64,000 bases of DNA from Candidatus Hecatella orcuttiae. Lineage in GTDB: Archaea; Thermoproteota; Bathyarchaeia; Hecatellales; Hecatellaceae. This document shows positions 1-10,961 of the stretch, piece by piece. The notes below the pieces were generated by a model. The model saw only the letters and a list, made by a program, of their open reading frames with translations. It was not told where the DNA came from and did not search any database. The position numbers and the translations under genes were made by a program. How positions within the stretch are numbered: position 1 is the first letter of the stretch; every line of letters begins with the position of its first letter. The DNA lies in contig MTLY02000003.1 in NCBI GenBank assembly GCA_002011035.2, positions 192,001 through 256,000 of the forward strand, given 5' to 3'.

Positions 1-2
1 GC

Positions 3-305
3 TTGAAGGACCGGTGGAAAAAGGATAAAATAGAAAGCTTCCTGCAGCTGGTCGCGGGAGCGCGAGATGCGAAGGGGCTGAAGCTCATCAAGCTGAATGT
101 GGCCGCGGAAGCCCTGAAAGACGTGTTAGGCGTCCTCCCCTCCATGAAAAGCCCCACCATCTCCCAGCTGGCCGGAGATGGGAAGCCAGGATTCGCTGTG
201 GAGGTGGCGGTGAAAGAAAACCAAGTGGTGCAACTGATTCCCCTGTTGAAGAAGAAGGGCGCGACGGATATTCTGGAAATAGACATCGATAAAGTCATCC
301 GGTAA
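3..305 (+). CDS. hisG: ATP phosphoribosyltransferase, C-terminal part (gene begins before window)
   Basis: HisG C-terminal regulatory domain pattern LP(S)MKSPTIS...LKKKGATDILE. Confidence 0.85.
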   Translation: MKDRWKKDKIESFLQLVAGARDAKGLKLIKLNVAAEALKDVLGVLPSMKSPTISQLAGDGKPGFAVEVAVKENQVVQLIPLLKKKGATDILEIDIDKVIR

Positions 306-359
306 GTTGGACTTGCGTCCGTCGAAGATGCGGGGAGCATTCTGGAGGAGAGAAGTATT

Positions 360-743
360 TTGATCGTAGGAATAGGGGTAGACCTGATAAAAATTCAAAG
401 GATCAAGGAGGCTCTGGACAGGTCGGGTATGCGTTTCTTGGAAAAAGTTTTCACCCCCAAAGAGATAGAGCTGGCTTCCAAGGGCGAGGATAGAGCAGCC
501 TATTTTGCGACCAGGTTCGCCGCTAAGGAAAGCGTACTCAAAGCCTTCTGCACAGGGTGGGCCGGCGTTAAAGGCACAGACATTCACATAGAACCGGGGG
601 CTCGAGGGGAGCCTTTGGTAAAACTTTCAGGCGGACTGGCTGAAATGGCCTCTCAGAGAGGAGTCACCCGAGTTCTCGTAAGCCTCTCTTATGACTCCGA
701 ATATGCCATTGCCATGTGCATTCTACTCGGCAGCCGGCCTTAA
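360..743 (+). CDS. acpS: Holo-[acyl-carrier-protein] synthase (4'-phosphopantetheinyl transferase)
   Basis: GIGVDL...RFAAKES...VSLS signature motifs. Confidence 0.92.
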   Translation: MIVGIGVDLIKIQRIKEALDRSGMRFLEKVFTPKEIELASKGEDRAAYFATRFAAKESVLKAFCTGWAGVKGTDIHIEPGARGEPLVKLSGGLAEMASQRGVTRVLVSLSYDSEYAIAMCILLGSRP

Positions 744-759
744 CTGGGAAACTTTGCGG

Positions 760-1977
760 TCAGATTTTCTTTACCTTCTCCGCAATCTCCATGGTGTCGA
801 GGGCTATCATTTTTTCCTCGTCGGTGGGAACTACGAGAACTTTCACCTTCGAATCAGGGCTGCTGATGACCCCCTCAGCCTTAACTGTTTTCACGTTCGC
901 CTCCCCGTCCAGCTTAACTCCTAGGAACTCAAGGTTCTCACAGATCATTCCTCTCATCAAAGGGGAGTTCTCCCCAATGCCAGCTGTGAAAACAAGCACG
1001 TCAAGGCCTCCCATAGCCGCCGCGTAGGCGCCTATGTACTTTTTCACCCGGTAGGCGTACATTTCCAAGGCCAGCTTACACCGAGAGTTCCCAGCCTCCG
1101 CTCCTTTGATCACTTCCCTCATGTCATTGCTAACACCGGACACCCCCAGAAGGCCGCTTTTCTTGTTCAGAATCTTGTCCAGCTCCTCTACGCTCAGGTT
1201 TGCCCTCCTGTGGAGGTAGAAGATGACTCCGGGGTCTATGTCCCCGCACCTAGTTCCCATGATAAGCCCCTCCAAGGGGGTTAAGCCCATGCTGGTGTCT
1301 ACAGACTTTCCCCCCTGCACAGCGTTTAACGTAACCCCGTTGCCCAGATGGCAGATGATCATCTTCAACCGGTCTGAGGAGCTTCCCAGCATCTCCTCCG
1401 CCTTCTTCGACACGTACCGGCAAGAGGTTCCGTGAAACCCGTATTTTCTGACCCCGTACTGGATGTAAAACTCTCGGGGAACCGCGTACATGTAAGCCTT
1501 CTCCGGCATGGTCTGATGGAAAGCCGTGTCGAACACAGCTACATGGGGAACTTCAGGAAGCTGCTTTTTAGCCTCCGTGATCCCTGCGAGGTTTGCGGGA
1601 TTGTGAAGAGGCGCCAGAGGAATGCATTCCCTAATCTTTTCCTGAACCTCCGGAGTGATGAGGGCTGGCTCGGTGAAGGCGGCGCCTCCGTGCACAACCC
1701 TATGCCCCACGGCTGCTATTTCTCGAAGGTCTTTGATGACTCCGTGCTCCTCATCCAGCATGGCTTTCATAACCAAAGAGAGGCCTTCGCTGTGATTGGG
1801 GATAACTGCTTCTCTTCTAGTCTTTTTCCCTCCTGTTTCATGCTCGATGTAGGAGCCCGGCTCACCTATCTTAGCAACAGTTCCCTTGGCTATTACTTCA
1901 TCTTTTTCCATGTCCCGAAGCTGATATTTGATGGAGGAGCTTCCGCAGTTAAGGACGAGAACTTTCACCCAATCCAC
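760..1977 (-). CDS. ackA: Acetate kinase
   Basis: [49 protein letters not shown] motifs. Confidence 0.97.
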   Translation of the reverse strand: MDWVKVLVLNCGSSSIKYQLRDMEKDEVIAKGTVAKIGEPGSYIEHETGGKKTRREAVIPNHSEGLSLVMKAMLDEEHGVIKDLREIAAVGHRVVHGGAAFTEPALITPEVQEKIRECIPLAPLHNPANLAGITEAKKQLPEVPHVAVFDTAFHQTMPEKAYMYAVPREFYIQYGVRKYGFHGTSCRYVSKKAEEMLGSSSDRLKMIICHLGNGVTLNAVQGGKSVDTSMGLTPLEGLIMGTRCGDIDPGVIFYLHRRANLSVEELDKILNKKSGLLGVSGVSNDMREVIKGAEAGNSRCKLALEMYAYRVKKYIGAYAAAMGGLDVLVFTAGIGENSPLMRGMICENLEFLGVKLDGEANVKTVKAEGVISSPDSKVKVLVVPTDEEKMIALDTMEIAEKVKKI

Positions 1978-2999
1978 CTCTGCGCTTGCACAACCAGCAT
2001 GGCTATAGTGCCGGCGATATCCTCAGCCGACGCTCCCCGGGAAAGGTCGCTCACCGGCTTGGCGAACCCTTGGAGAATGGGGCCGTAGGCTTCTGCCTTC
2101 GCCAGCCGCTCAGTGAGCTTATAGGCTATGTTTCCTGCGTCCAAGTTGGGGAAGATGAGAACGTTGGCCCTCCCTCCTAACGGGTTGTCCCCCTTGATCT
2201 TCTTTCTCGCCACCTCCGGCACCAAGGCAGCGTCAGCTTGAAGCTCTCCGTCGACCAGCAACCTGGGAGCCTTTGTTTTCACGAGGTTAACGGCCTCCAC
2301 CACTTTATCCACCAGAGGGTGGGTGGCGCTTCCTTTGGTTGAAAACGAAAGCATCGCCACCCGCGGTTCCCAGCCTAACATAGTCCTTGCACTGTTGGCA
2401 CTGGCAAGGGCGATGTCGGCTAACTCCTCGGGGTTGGGGTCGATGTTCACCGAAGCGTCGGCATAGAGCAGAGCTCCCTTCTCACCGCCCTCGTAGCCAG
2501 GGACAACCATCAGAAAGAAGCTTGACGGAGCGCATATCCCCTCCTGCAAGCCGATGATCAGCTTCGCAGCGGCGATAACCTCCCCGGAAGAGTAGGTCGC
2601 CCCTGCCACCATGCCCTCCGCGTCTCCCGCTTTCACCATCATGCAGGCGAAGTTGAGGGGCTTTCTGAGGAGCGCCCGGGCCAGCCTATCGGAGGAGCCG
2701 CTTGCCTTGCTGTAGAGGGCTATGTACTCCTCCAGTTTAGGCCAAGATTCAGGTTTGGCGAATTCGACTTTCTTTAAGCTGACACCCAGCCTTTGTGCTT
2801 TTTCTTCAATTTCTTCTCTGTCTCCCACAAGAAACGGCTTAGCCACGTTTTCCTTCACAGCTATCTCAGCCGCTCGGAGAATTCGTTCATCCTCAGGTTC
2901 GGGGAGAACTATTCTTTTGGGGTTGAGAGCAGCCTTTCTTTTAAACTCCTCGATAACCTTGGGCATGCAGGTTTTCGCCTCTTTTAAAACAAGCTTCAC
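1965..2999 (-). CDS. pta: Phosphate acetyltransferase
   Basis: [33 protein letters not shown] motifs. Confidence 0.95.
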   Translation of the reverse strand: MKLVLKEAKTCMPKVIEEFKRKAALNPKRIVLPEPEDERILRAAEIAVKENVAKPFLVGDREEIEEKAQRLGVSLKKVEFAKPESWPKLEEYIALYSKASGSSDRLARALLRKPLNFACMMVKAGDAEGMVAGATYSSGEVIAAAKLIIGLQEGICAPSSFFLMVVPGYEGGEKGALLYADASVNIDPNPEELADIALASANSARTMLGWEPRVAMLSFSTKGSATHPLVDKVVEAVNLVKTKAPRLLVDGELQADAALVPEVARKKIKGDNPLGGRANVLIFPNLDAGNIAYKLTERLAKAEAYGPILQGFAKPVSDLSRGASAEDIAGTIAMLVVQAQRWIG

Positions 3000-3394
3000 T
3001 TGACTTTGAAGGTGAGGATGTCCAGTCCGGCGAATTTCTTTATCTCCGCTTTCACATCCATAGGAAGCCTATCCAAGGCTTCCCTGATCTTAGTGGGATT
3101 GGATACGTCTATTCCGGTGATCATAGTCATGAAGGTGGGGCCTTCCTTGAATTTCACAAGGCCGTAGGCGTAGGGGGCGTAGTCTTGAAATTCCATGGGA
3201 GTCGGTATGGCGCTGCTGGCGAAGATTATAAGCTTCCCCTCTCCACTAAACTCCGTCCAATCCAGTTCACGGCTTGAGCATTTTTGACAGATGGGATAAG
3301 GTGGAAAGATGTACACGCCGCATTTTTTGCATTTGAAGCCCATGATTTTCCCTTCGGCCAGAAAGTCGAAAAACTTCTTCATCACCGTCATCAA
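2996..3394 (-). CDS. DUF35 family Zn-ribbon/OB-fold protein (thiolase partner)
   Basis: CKKCG...PPYPICQKC...W...GEGKL pattern; adjacent to thiolase. Confidence 0.85.
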   Translation of the reverse strand: MMTVMKKFFDFLAEGKIMGFKCKKCGVYIFPPYPICQKCSSRELDWTEFSGEGKLIIFASSAIPTPMEFQDYAPYAYGLVKFKEGPTFMTMITGIDVSNPTKIREALDRLPMDVKAEIKKFAGLDILTFKVK

Positions 3395-3397
3395 AAT

Positions 3398-4666
3398 TCA
3401 CCTCCTCCTCAACACTGTAACCGTCGCTTCAACTCCTATTCCACAGGCATGCCAGAGGGCGGTTTCAGGCTCAGGCTTGATCTGCCTCTCTCCAGCTTGA
3501 CCTCTCATCTGTTTTACGATCTCGTACAAATCCGCGCCGCATGTTGCAGCGTAGGCGTTACCGAAGCCCAAGTGGCCTCCGTTGGTATTCATAGGTCTCT
3601 CACCGTTAAAGGATATCCTCTGGTCGCGGAAGGCCTTCCACGCTTGCCCTCTCTCAAAATAGCCAACTCCCTCAGGGAAGACGAAATACTCGCTCACCGA
3701 GCAGTCTCCGACCTGCAGGTAATCGATGTCCTTCGGCTCCACCCCTGCCATCTGGTAGGCGTTTCGGGCAGCTATCATCTCCACAGGCCACTCGTAGGGG
3801 TCTTTCTCGTAGAACGGATAGGGGTCGGTGCACCAGCCGAAGCCCAGAATATCCACCGGTGTGTCGGTGTATTTCTTCGCCTTCTCAGGTGTTGTGACGA
3901 TGTAAGCCGAGGCGCCGTCGGCGATGGGGGGAATGCAGCAAGCTCTCAGAGGATATGCCAGATAAGGGTTAAACTTGGATTTGTACCATTCTTTCACATC
4001 CTTGAAGCCCCGCCTAGCCGCTTGGTCCTTCAGCTCAGTTTGATGGTATGCCTTAGGGTTTCTGGAACTCGCCCTGCGAGCGTTAACGGCAATGCCGAAG
4101 AGGGCGTCTTCCACATCATCCATGGACAGCCCGTATTTCTTGGCGTAGGCGATAATCGGAATAGCCTCGAACATGGCGCTTACATCATAGGCGTGGGTCC
4201 AGTAATATTCTTGGTCCCCTCCCCACTCAGTCCACTCTAACACTTTACCTAGGTCTGCGGGCTTTCGGACAGTGGGGTTGAACGTGGGTGTGCTGCTCAA
4301 AATCTCGCAGGCAACAATCAAGACGGTATCATAGACTCCTGAAGCAATGGCCATGGCCGCCAATCCTGCTCCCGTGTTGGTGGTTGCGCAGCCTGTTGCG
4401 AAATGCAAAGCCGGCTTATACTTCATGCCGATCCAGTTGGCAACGCGGAAGGGTGAATGCGCATGAGTAGTGTTGGGGAGGTAGTGGCCGAAGAAGAAGG
4501 CGTCTATTTCCTTAGGGTCGATTCCAGCATCATCGTAGGCTTCGAAGGCAGCTTCGGAGACTAGGTCTTGGAAGCTTTTGTCTTTGAGCTCCGAGGTCTC
4601 CAGCACGCTTCCAAAACGCGTCACGCCAACCCCGATGATGGAGGCCTTACTTTTTAAAACACCCAT
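3398..4666 (-). CDS. Thiolase family protein with atypical active-site motifs
   Basis: IIGVGVTRF, GCATT (catalytic Cys), DGASA, NTNGG, QMRGQAGERQ. Confidence 0.88.
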   Translation of the reverse strand: MGVLKSKASIIGVGVTRFGSVLETSELKDKSFQDLVSEAAFEAYDDAGIDPKEIDAFFFGHYLPNTTHAHSPFRVANWIGMKYKPALHFATGCATTNTGAGLAAMAIASGVYDTVLIVACEILSSTPTFNPTVRKPADLGKVLEWTEWGGDQEYYWTHAYDVSAMFEAIPIIAYAKKYGLSMDDVEDALFGIAVNARRASSRNPKAYHQTELKDQAARRGFKDVKEWYKSKFNPYLAYPLRACCIPPIADGASAYIVTTPEKAKKYTDTPVDILGFGWCTDPYPFYEKDPYEWPVEMIAARNAYQMAGVEPKDIDYLQVGDCSVSEYFVFPEGVGYFERGQAWKAFRDQRISFNGERPMNTNGGHLGFGNAYAATCGADLYEIVKQMRGQAGERQIKPEPETALWHACGIGVEATVTVLRRR

Positions 4667-4708
4667 CTTTCTTCACCTTTCCAGTATTCGTATCTTTTTC
4701 CTTTCATA

Positions 4709-4951
4709 TTATTGTTTCTCCGCCAGTTTCTTCTCAATGTAGCTTACAGCCTCTCCTATTGTCTTGTTTTTCCGCGCCTCGACAAACGGTATGGTGATGT
4801 TAAACTCGTATTCCAGAAGAGCTATCAACTCGATGATGTTCACAGACTTCGCGTGAAGGTCTTCGACGAAGCGAAGGTTGTCAGCTAGTTCCTCAGGGTT
4901 TTTTCCGAAAACATCGGCGATTATTTCTTTAACTTTCTTTTCCACAGACAT
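4709..4951 (-). CDS. Acyl carrier protein
   Basis: 80 aa acidic ACP pattern; DLHAKSVNIIELI at the DLGADSLD position retains the Ser; TIGEAVSYI. Confidence 0.85.
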   Translation of the reverse strand: MSVEKKVKEIIADVFGKNPEELADNLRFVEDLHAKSVNIIELIALLEYEFNITIPFVEARKNKTIGEAVSYIEKKLAEKQ

Positions 4952-5138
4952 CCTTCATCCCTCTACACTACCCTGCTTTGCGGTTTTAAATGTTTCCCAA
5001 AAACCCATCCTCATCTTCAGCTAAAGCTTCAAATGGAAAATGTTCAGCCCACAAACTACGCAGTTTTCATTCGCAGGTTAAACTTTATTATTCCCTCGGA
5101 ATCTTTCTTTAAGAAATGTTGAGAAGGAGAGTGGTGCT

Positions 5139-5687
5139 ATGATGCAGACAACGGAGGAAAACCTGAAAAACGCCTTCGCAGGAGAATGTCAGGCTCGAGT
5201 GAGGTATCTTATCTTTGCCGATGTGGCCAGACGAGAGGGTTTCCCCAACGTGGCTAGGCTGTTCACCGCCATCTCAGAAGCGGAGCAGATACATGCCAAT
5301 CACCACTACCGGCTGCTGGGCGGCCTCAACGGAGGCTTCACCACAGTGGCCAAGGGAACCTTCGGCCCGGGAGAGACGAGCAAAAATCTGAGCCTCTGCA
5401 TAATGGGCGAAACCTACGAGATTGAGGAAATGTACCCTGCCTTCAGAGCTGTGGCTGAATTGCAGGGAGAGAGAGCAGCCTTCACCAGCTTCGACTGGGC
5501 GTATCAAACGGAAAAAGTTCACGCTGAACTTTACAAAAAGGCGAAAAAAGCCGTGGACGCTGGGAAAGATGTGGAGTTAGGGACCATTCAAATATGCCAA
5601 GTCTGCGGATACACACTGGAGGGGGAAGCCCCTGACAAGTGTCCCGTGTGCAGGGCCGGCCGAGAGGCGTTTAAAGCCTTTCAATAA
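5139..5687 (+). CDS. Rubrerythrin
   Basis: AFAGE, EQIHA, EKVH diiron motifs plus C-terminal CQVCG...CPVC. Confidence 0.93.
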   Translation: MMQTTEENLKNAFAGECQARVRYLIFADVARREGFPNVARLFTAISEAEQIHANHHYRLLGGLNGGFTTVAKGTFGPGETSKNLSLCIMGETYEIEEMYPAFRAVAELQGERAAFTSFDWAYQTEKVHAELYKKAKKAVDAGKDVELGTIQICQVCGYTLEGEAPDKCPVCRAGREAFKAFQ

Positions 5688-5718
5688 CTCTCCCGCAAGT
5701 TTTCTCCGCCGAAACATC

Positions 5719-6342
5719 TCAGCCTTTGATTTTCTTTGCTATTTCCGCAACCCTTCGACCTAGAGTTTTAGCTATTTCTAGATCGTTCTCGGTGGGAGGC
5801 CTGTCCGCCATGGGGCCTGAAACCGAAGAGGCCCCGTAGGGGCTTCCTCCTCCTGTCTCGAGGGAGAAGAGCCGCTGTTCGGAGTAGGGAACACCAACGA
5901 TAATCATACCTAGATGGAAGAGAGGCATCATGGAGGTGATTATGGTTGTCTCTTGGCCTCCGTGAAGGGTACTGGTGCTGGTGAACACTCCGGCTACCTT
6001 GTTTTCCAAGGCTCCCTTCTCCCAGAGGCTGCCGGTGCGGTCGATGAACTGCTTCATCTGGGCGCTCATGTTACCATATCTGGTGGGGGTTCCGAAGACT
6101 ATGCCGTCGGCTTCCGCTAAATCTTCCGGCTGGGCTGTGGGAATGCTGGAGAGTTCCTCTTTCACTTTTTTAAGCCTTTCATTGGCTTCGATCACTTCTT
6201 TGGGGATGAGTTCAGGTACCTGTTTCAGCGAAACTTCAACGCCCTCGACGCTTCCAGCCCCCTGGGCTACCGCCTTAGCAAGCTTAGCCACGTTTCCGTA
6301 CATGCTGTAGAAAACAACCAAAACCTTAACAGAATTAGCCAT
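5719..6342 (-). CDS. wrbA: NAD(P)H:quinone oxidoreductase, WrbA family
   Basis: FYSMYGN, GTPTRYGNM, HGGQETT, GGSPYG; start set at MANSVK. Confidence 0.92.
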   Translation of the reverse strand: MANSVKVLVVFYSMYGNVAKLAKAVAQGAGSVEGVEVSLKQVPELIPKEVIEANERLKKVKEELSSIPTAQPEDLAEADGIVFGTPTRYGNMSAQMKQFIDRTGSLWEKGALENKVAGVFTSTSTLHGGQETTIITSMMPLFHLGMIIVGVPYSEQRLFSLETGGGSPYGASSVSGPMADRPPTENDLEIAKTLGRRVAEIAKKIKG

Positions 6343-6403
6343 TTCTTTCACCACATTTATAATTATATATCTTTGTTTATTTAGTTTGCTGGTTACTAGT
6401 TTT

Positions 6404-6928
6404 TTAACCATTTTTCTCAGATCGCTCCTTTTTCGAGAGGACTAGAAGTTTCTGTTTCAGTCTATCCAAGTCTCCCAGCAAGTCCGGGGGAATGGGCGTC
6501 CTCCCAACCCCGTACTCGTCAAGGTAGAGAATTCGGTCCCCCACTTTCCCGAAATTGGTAGGTTTCAAATCCAGAAAGTAGCCTTTACTCTGAGCTTCAA
6601 CAATGATGGTGAGGGCGCCTTCCACCTCCTTCAGCGAACGAAAAGAAACAGGCTGAGCATATTCATGAAAACTGGCCACAGCGAGCTGAGGTTTTCCATT
6701 CCATTCCACTGCCCCTAAAATGGTGCCGAAGTACTCCGGGAAAAAGGAGAACTTCTCCCTTATCCTTTTAAGATAGTGGTGACGGGCTTTAGCAGCTTTG
6801 ACACTCTGCTCTCCCCATTTTTTAACCTTGAACACTGAGTCGTCTACCCTGTAGACGTCGGTGTGCAAGCCTTTGAGAAGGCTTTTTCTGCTCACGGCTT
6901 CAGGTTTGCCCTTTACGCAGTTTAACAA
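6404..6928 (-). CDS. Hypothetical protein with protein-kinase-like motif
   Basis: LDLKPTNF...YLDEYG resembles the kinase catalytic loop and Mg-binding Asp. Confidence 0.5.
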   Translation of the reverse strand: MLNCVKGKPEAVSRKSLLKGLHTDVYRVDDSVFKVKKWGEQSVKAAKARHHYLKRIREKFSFFPEYFGTILGAVEWNGKPQLAVASFHEYAQPVSFRSLKEVEGALTIIVEAQSKGYFLDLKPTNFGKVGDRILYLDEYGVGRTPIPPDLLGDLDRLKQKLLVLSKKERSEKNG

Positions 6929-7059
6929 GGGATCAACCGTCTTTGGTGAGTGAACTCTCCGTCTTCCCTAGGTAGATATTCCCGCGGAATATAAAGAGTT
7001 AAATCTGAGCAACCCTATCTAGGAAAATGTTTCCTCAAATAGTTTAAAGAAGCCAAGAA

Positions 7060-8175
7060 GTGAAGCTTGAAGTTCAGGGGACAGAAAAGTTGAAGCCCAA
7101 AGTCAAAGCCTTAACCCAAGAGGAAATTGAAACCTACTCTCGGCAGATAGTGCTCAAGGACATAGGCTATGAGGGACAGTTAAAGCTGAGGAACGCCAAA
7201 GTCTGCATCATCGGCCAAGGCGGCTTAGGCAATCTGGCCTCCATGCAGATGGCCAGCATGGGAGTCGGATACCTCCGCATTGTAGACAGGGATGTGGTGG
7301 AGCGGTCGAATTTGCATCGGCAGCCTCTCTACACGGTGGAGGACTTGAACTATCCTAAAGTCGAAGCGGCTGCCAAGAGGCTGAGCCGGCTGAACCCTGA
7401 CACGGAAATAGAAGCTTTACCTCTCTCTGTAAACGATGATACAGCGGAGAAGCTGGTTGAGGGAGTAGATGTGGTGGTGGACGGCTTGGATTCTATCGAA
7501 GCTAGGTACGCTGTGAACAGAGCCTGTGTGAAGCTGGGGGTTCCCTATGTTTTCGGGGCGGTGTCAGAAGTTTTCGGAAACCTTTCCACCATCATCCCCA
7601 GAGAAACGCCTTGTCTCCAGTGTTTCTACCCGGACTTCAAAGACTACATGCTTCCCGCCTGCGCCGTGGTGGGGGTTCACCCTTCCATCATAGCCGTGAT
7701 CACAAGTCTTCAAGTTTCTGAGGCAGTTCGAATCATAAAGGGGGACTCCCCCCTTCTAGCGGGGGCTCTTTTATACTGTGACCTCCGTAACCTCTCCTTC
7801 GATAAGGTGAAACTGGCCCCCCAGCCCAACTGTCCCACCTGCGGGGTGAAAGCTTCCCAAATCCGCCCCCGTGAGCAACGGGAGCCTGTGGAGGAACTCT
7901 GCGGAAGAAGTGGTAAGAGGACCTTCGTGGTCACTCCCCGAAAGGAGCTAGACCTAGACTGGAAGGCTGTGGATAGAGCTCTCAGAAAATTGAAGGCTAA
8001 GGTTAAGGTTAAAGCCAAACTTGGGGTAACCTACACTCTCAGCAAGGTTTCAGTGAACCTTCTTAAGAGCGGAATCATGATCCTCAATGGAATTAACACA
8101 AAAGAGGAAGCTCTCTCCATCTACCAGAAGCTTCTGGTGGACCAGTTGAACATCAACCACAGAGAGCTCTGGTAA
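7060..8175 (+). CDS. ThiF/MoeB/E1-like adenylyltransferase
   Basis: YSRQ, GQGGLG, DRDVVERSNLHRQ, PCLQC, CPTCG. Confidence 0.92.
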   Translation: MKLEVQGTEKLKPKVKALTQEEIETYSRQIVLKDIGYEGQLKLRNAKVCIIGQGGLGNLASMQMASMGVGYLRIVDRDVVERSNLHRQPLYTVEDLNYPKVEAAAKRLSRLNPDTEIEALPLSVNDDTAEKLVEGVDVVVDGLDSIEARYAVNRACVKLGVPYVFGAVSEVFGNLSTIIPRETPCLQCFYPDFKDYMLPACAVVGVHPSIIAVITSLQVSEAVRIIKGDSPLLAGALLYCDLRNLSFDKVKLAPQPNCPTCGVKASQIRPREQREPVEELCGRSGKRTFVVTPRKELDLDWKAVDRALRKLKAKVKVKAKLGVTYTLSKVSVNLLKSGIMILNGINTKEEALSIYQKLLVDQLNINHRELW

Positions 8176-8193
8176 TCCTATTTCAATTTTCTT

Positions 8194-8571
8194 TCAGGCT
8201 TTTAAACCGTAAACAGCCTTGCCTATTTCTACGAAAAGCTCAGGTTTTGAGGCTCCGAAGAAATTCTGCTTCAGCCACGCTACCCTAACCCCTTGCTCTG
8301 AGAGGTAGATGTTTAAGCCTTTTTTCTCCATCTTCAAACTCAGCCTCCCAGCCAAGGCTTTCACAGCCTTCACAGTGCCGGCGTCAAACTTCACCATGTC
8401 CCTTCGGTCGCTGTACATTCCGAGGATGAGGGGGTTGAAAGCGAAGAGCCTGTTCACTTTGAAGGTTCCCTCCCCAAATTCCGGGAAACCAAGCTGGATG
8501 CCAGCCTCAGTGATACCTTCTCTTTTCTTTTTTTCCACGTATTCCACAGCTTTCCTAAATGCTTCAGCCAC
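8194..8571 (-). CDS. Hypothetical protein
   Basis: 125-aa ORF with SD-like AGGTGA upstream. Confidence 0.6.
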   Translation of the reverse strand: MAEAFRKAVEYVEKKKREGITEAGIQLGFPEFGEGTFKVNRLFAFNPLILGMYSDRRDMVKFDAGTVKAVKALAGRLSLKMEKKGLNIYLSEQGVRVAWLKQNFFGASKPELFVEIGKAVYGLKA

Positions 8572-8721
8572 TTCGTGTCACCTTTCAAAATCAAAATTTT
8601 TATATCACAATCGCCTATTAAACCCGCGCTTTATCGGTGAGATAAAAGGCAGGAAATACCTAAAAACTCGGAGAAGCGGCAGCCGCTGCACTTGGCACGT
8701 CTCTTCCGGGGGCGGGCGTTC

Positions 8722-10392
8722 ATGGTTGTAATGTCTGGCGCTAAGGCTCTTGTGGAGTCGTTGAGAAGGGAAAAAGTAGAGGTGATCTTCGGCCTCCCAG
8801 GCGGAGCCATCATCCCGGTTTACGATGAGCTTATCGACTCAGGGATCCGGCATGTGCTGGTCCGCCATGAACAGTGCGCTGCCCATATGGCCGACGGCTA
8901 CGCCCGGGCCAGCGGCAGGGTAGGCGTATGCATGGCCACCTCAGGGCCGGGAGCCACTAACTTGGTCACAGGCTTGGCCACGGCTCAGATGGACTCTTCA
9001 CCTCTCGTGGCCATCACCGGCCAGGTTCCAACTCAAATGATAGGCCGGGACGCCTTTCAGGAAGCGGACATTGTGGGGGTGACGGCTTCTATCACCAAGC
9101 ATAATCTCCAACTGAGGGATGCGGAGGAGATTCCCTACGCGGTGAAGGCTGCCTTCGAGATAGCCAATTCAGGTAGGAAGGGCGTTGTTCTCCTCGACCT
9201 CCCGAAAGACGTTCAGATGACGGAAAAAGACATGGTCTTTCCGGAGAAGGTGGAGTTTGCCAGAGAGCCTCTCCTTGAACTTCCCCCCTTAGAGAATTTG
9301 AAGAAGGCTGCCCGGCTTCTGGAGAAGGCGGAGAGGCCGCTGATACTGGCTGGAGGTGGGGTGGTGGGCTCAGGGGCGCTGGAGGAGTTTCGAACCTTGG
9401 TGGAGCGGTTGAAGGCGCCGGTGGCCACGGCTCTCATGGCCAAGGGCTGCATTCCAGAAAATCACCCCCTTTCTCTAGGTTTGATGGGGATGCATGGGAT
9501 GCCTTATACCAACAGGCTTCTCTTCGAAGCGGATGTCATTCTGGCAGTGGGCTTCCGATTCTCAGACCGCACCATCGCCCCGGGAAAGACTCTGCCCAAG
9601 GAAACCAAGGTAATCCATATTGACATAGACATTTCGGAGATAGGGAAAAATGTGGAGGTAGACATTCCCCTTCAAGGAGATGCTAAAAAGTGTTTGAAAG
9701 CTATACTAAACCTGATGGAGGGTCCCCTTCAAGAAAGTCGAACCTCCGCCTGGCTGAGACATGTGGAGGAGCTTAAGCGAAGCTTCAAACCTCGGGAAAG
9801 CCCTGAAACCCCCGGCTACCTCAAACCTCCCCGGTTGATGAAGGAGCTGAGGGACATCCTTCCCCCCAATGCTATCGCCACCACCGAAGTAGGCCAGAAC
9901 CAAATGTGGGCGGCTATCTATTTTAAAACCTACCATCCCAGAACCTTCATCAGCTCCGGAGGCCTAGGAGCCATGGGCTTCGGCTTCCCCGCTGCCTTGG
10001 GCGCCAAAGTAGCCAAGCCTGAGGTGCCTGTGGTGGACATTGCGGGGGATGGAAGTTTCTTGATGAACGAGCAGGAGCTAGCCACTTCGGTGAAGGAGGG
10101 GATCCCCGTCACGGTGATCATCATCGACAACAGGATGCTGGGGATGGTAGCCCAGTGGCAGCGGGCTCTCTACCAGCGACGCTACTCTCAAGTGGAGCTG
10201 GGGAACACCCCCGACTTCGTCAAGTTGGCGGAAGCCTACGGAGCCTTCGGCTTGCGGGTCGGCTCCTATGAGGAGTTTCGGAGAGCTGTCAGGGAAGCTC
10301 TCAAGAGCGACGTGACCACCGTTATCGACGTTCCTGTTTCCCCGGAGGAAAACGTCTCCCCCATCTCCATACCCGGGGCTCCGGAAGGCTGA
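8722..10392 (+). CDS. ilvB: Acetolactate synthase large subunit
   Basis: RHEQ, TSGPGATN, GRDAFQE, GDGSFLMN TPP motif. Confidence 0.95.
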   Translation: MVVMSGAKALVESLRREKVEVIFGLPGGAIIPVYDELIDSGIRHVLVRHEQCAAHMADGYARASGRVGVCMATSGPGATNLVTGLATAQMDSSPLVAITGQVPTQMIGRDAFQEADIVGVTASITKHNLQLRDAEEIPYAVKAAFEIANSGRKGVVLLDLPKDVQMTEKDMVFPEKVEFAREPLLELPPLENLKKAARLLEKAERPLILAGGGVVGSGALEEFRTLVERLKAPVATALMAKGCIPENHPLSLGLMGMHGMPYTNRLLFEADVILAVGFRFSDRTIAPGKTLPKETKVIHIDIDISEIGKNVEVDIPLQGDAKKCLKAILNLMEGPLQESRTSAWLRHVEELKRSFKPRESPETPGYLKPPRLMKELRDILPPNAIATTEVGQNQMWAAIYFKTYHPRTFISSGGLGAMGFGFPAALGAKVAKPEVPVVDIAGDGSFLMNEQELATSVKEGIPVTVIIIDNRMLGMVAQWQRALYQRRYSQVELGNTPDFVKLAEAYGAFGLRVGSYEEFRRAVREALKSDVTTVIDVPVSPEENVSPISIPGAPEG

Positions 10393-10443
10393 GGGCCGGA
10401 AAACTCGCCCCGTGGGGCTGTACTTTTCAGTCCTAAGCTGCCC

Positions 10444-10869
10444 TTATGGCTTAGCGGGGTGGGAGCAGACGTTGTCTTGGGAAACGCAAATATCGCATTT
10501 GAAGTCCAGCGAGCCTATGTCCGTCATGTGCAGCTGGCAGAATTCGCGGCTCGACCGGATGAGGACGCAGGCTTCACAGAGGTTGAGGATGGCCTCCACG
10601 GAGGGCACTTTCCCTCCAGCGACGAAGTTGGCTATTTCCTTGACCTTCTTCCCCACTTCCTGGATTTTTTCAACCCTCACCCGGTAGCCTTTCTTGTCCT
10701 CATGCCCCCGCTTTTGGGATAGATACCAGCTGATGGCAGCCTGGGTTATACCCAGCTTCTCCGCGGCTTGGGTTTGAGTGAAGTTGTGGGTTTCGATGAG
10801 CTCCTTGGCTATCATAGCCCTCATGACGGGCAGCACGTGTTTGACCACCAGTTCGCAGGGGGGATGCAT
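10444..10869 (-). CDS. HTH transcriptional regulator (COG2522-like)
   Basis: PPCE...TQTQAAEKLGITQAAISWY; C-terminal Cys/His cluster. Confidence 0.8.
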   Translation of the reverse strand: MHPPCELVVKHVLPVMRAMIAKELIETHNFTQTQAAEKLGITQAAISWYLSQKRGHEDKKGYRVRVEKIQEVGKKVKEIANFVAGGKVPSVEAILNLCEACVLIRSSREFCQLHMTDIGSLDFKCDICVSQDNVCSHPAKP

Positions 10870-10961
10870 GAGAAACCGCCATATCTAGCCTTGAATGACT
10901 CAATGAATTTAATCGCCAAAGAAATATATAAAGAGGGGGCTTCCTTCAACGCTATCCAGCG

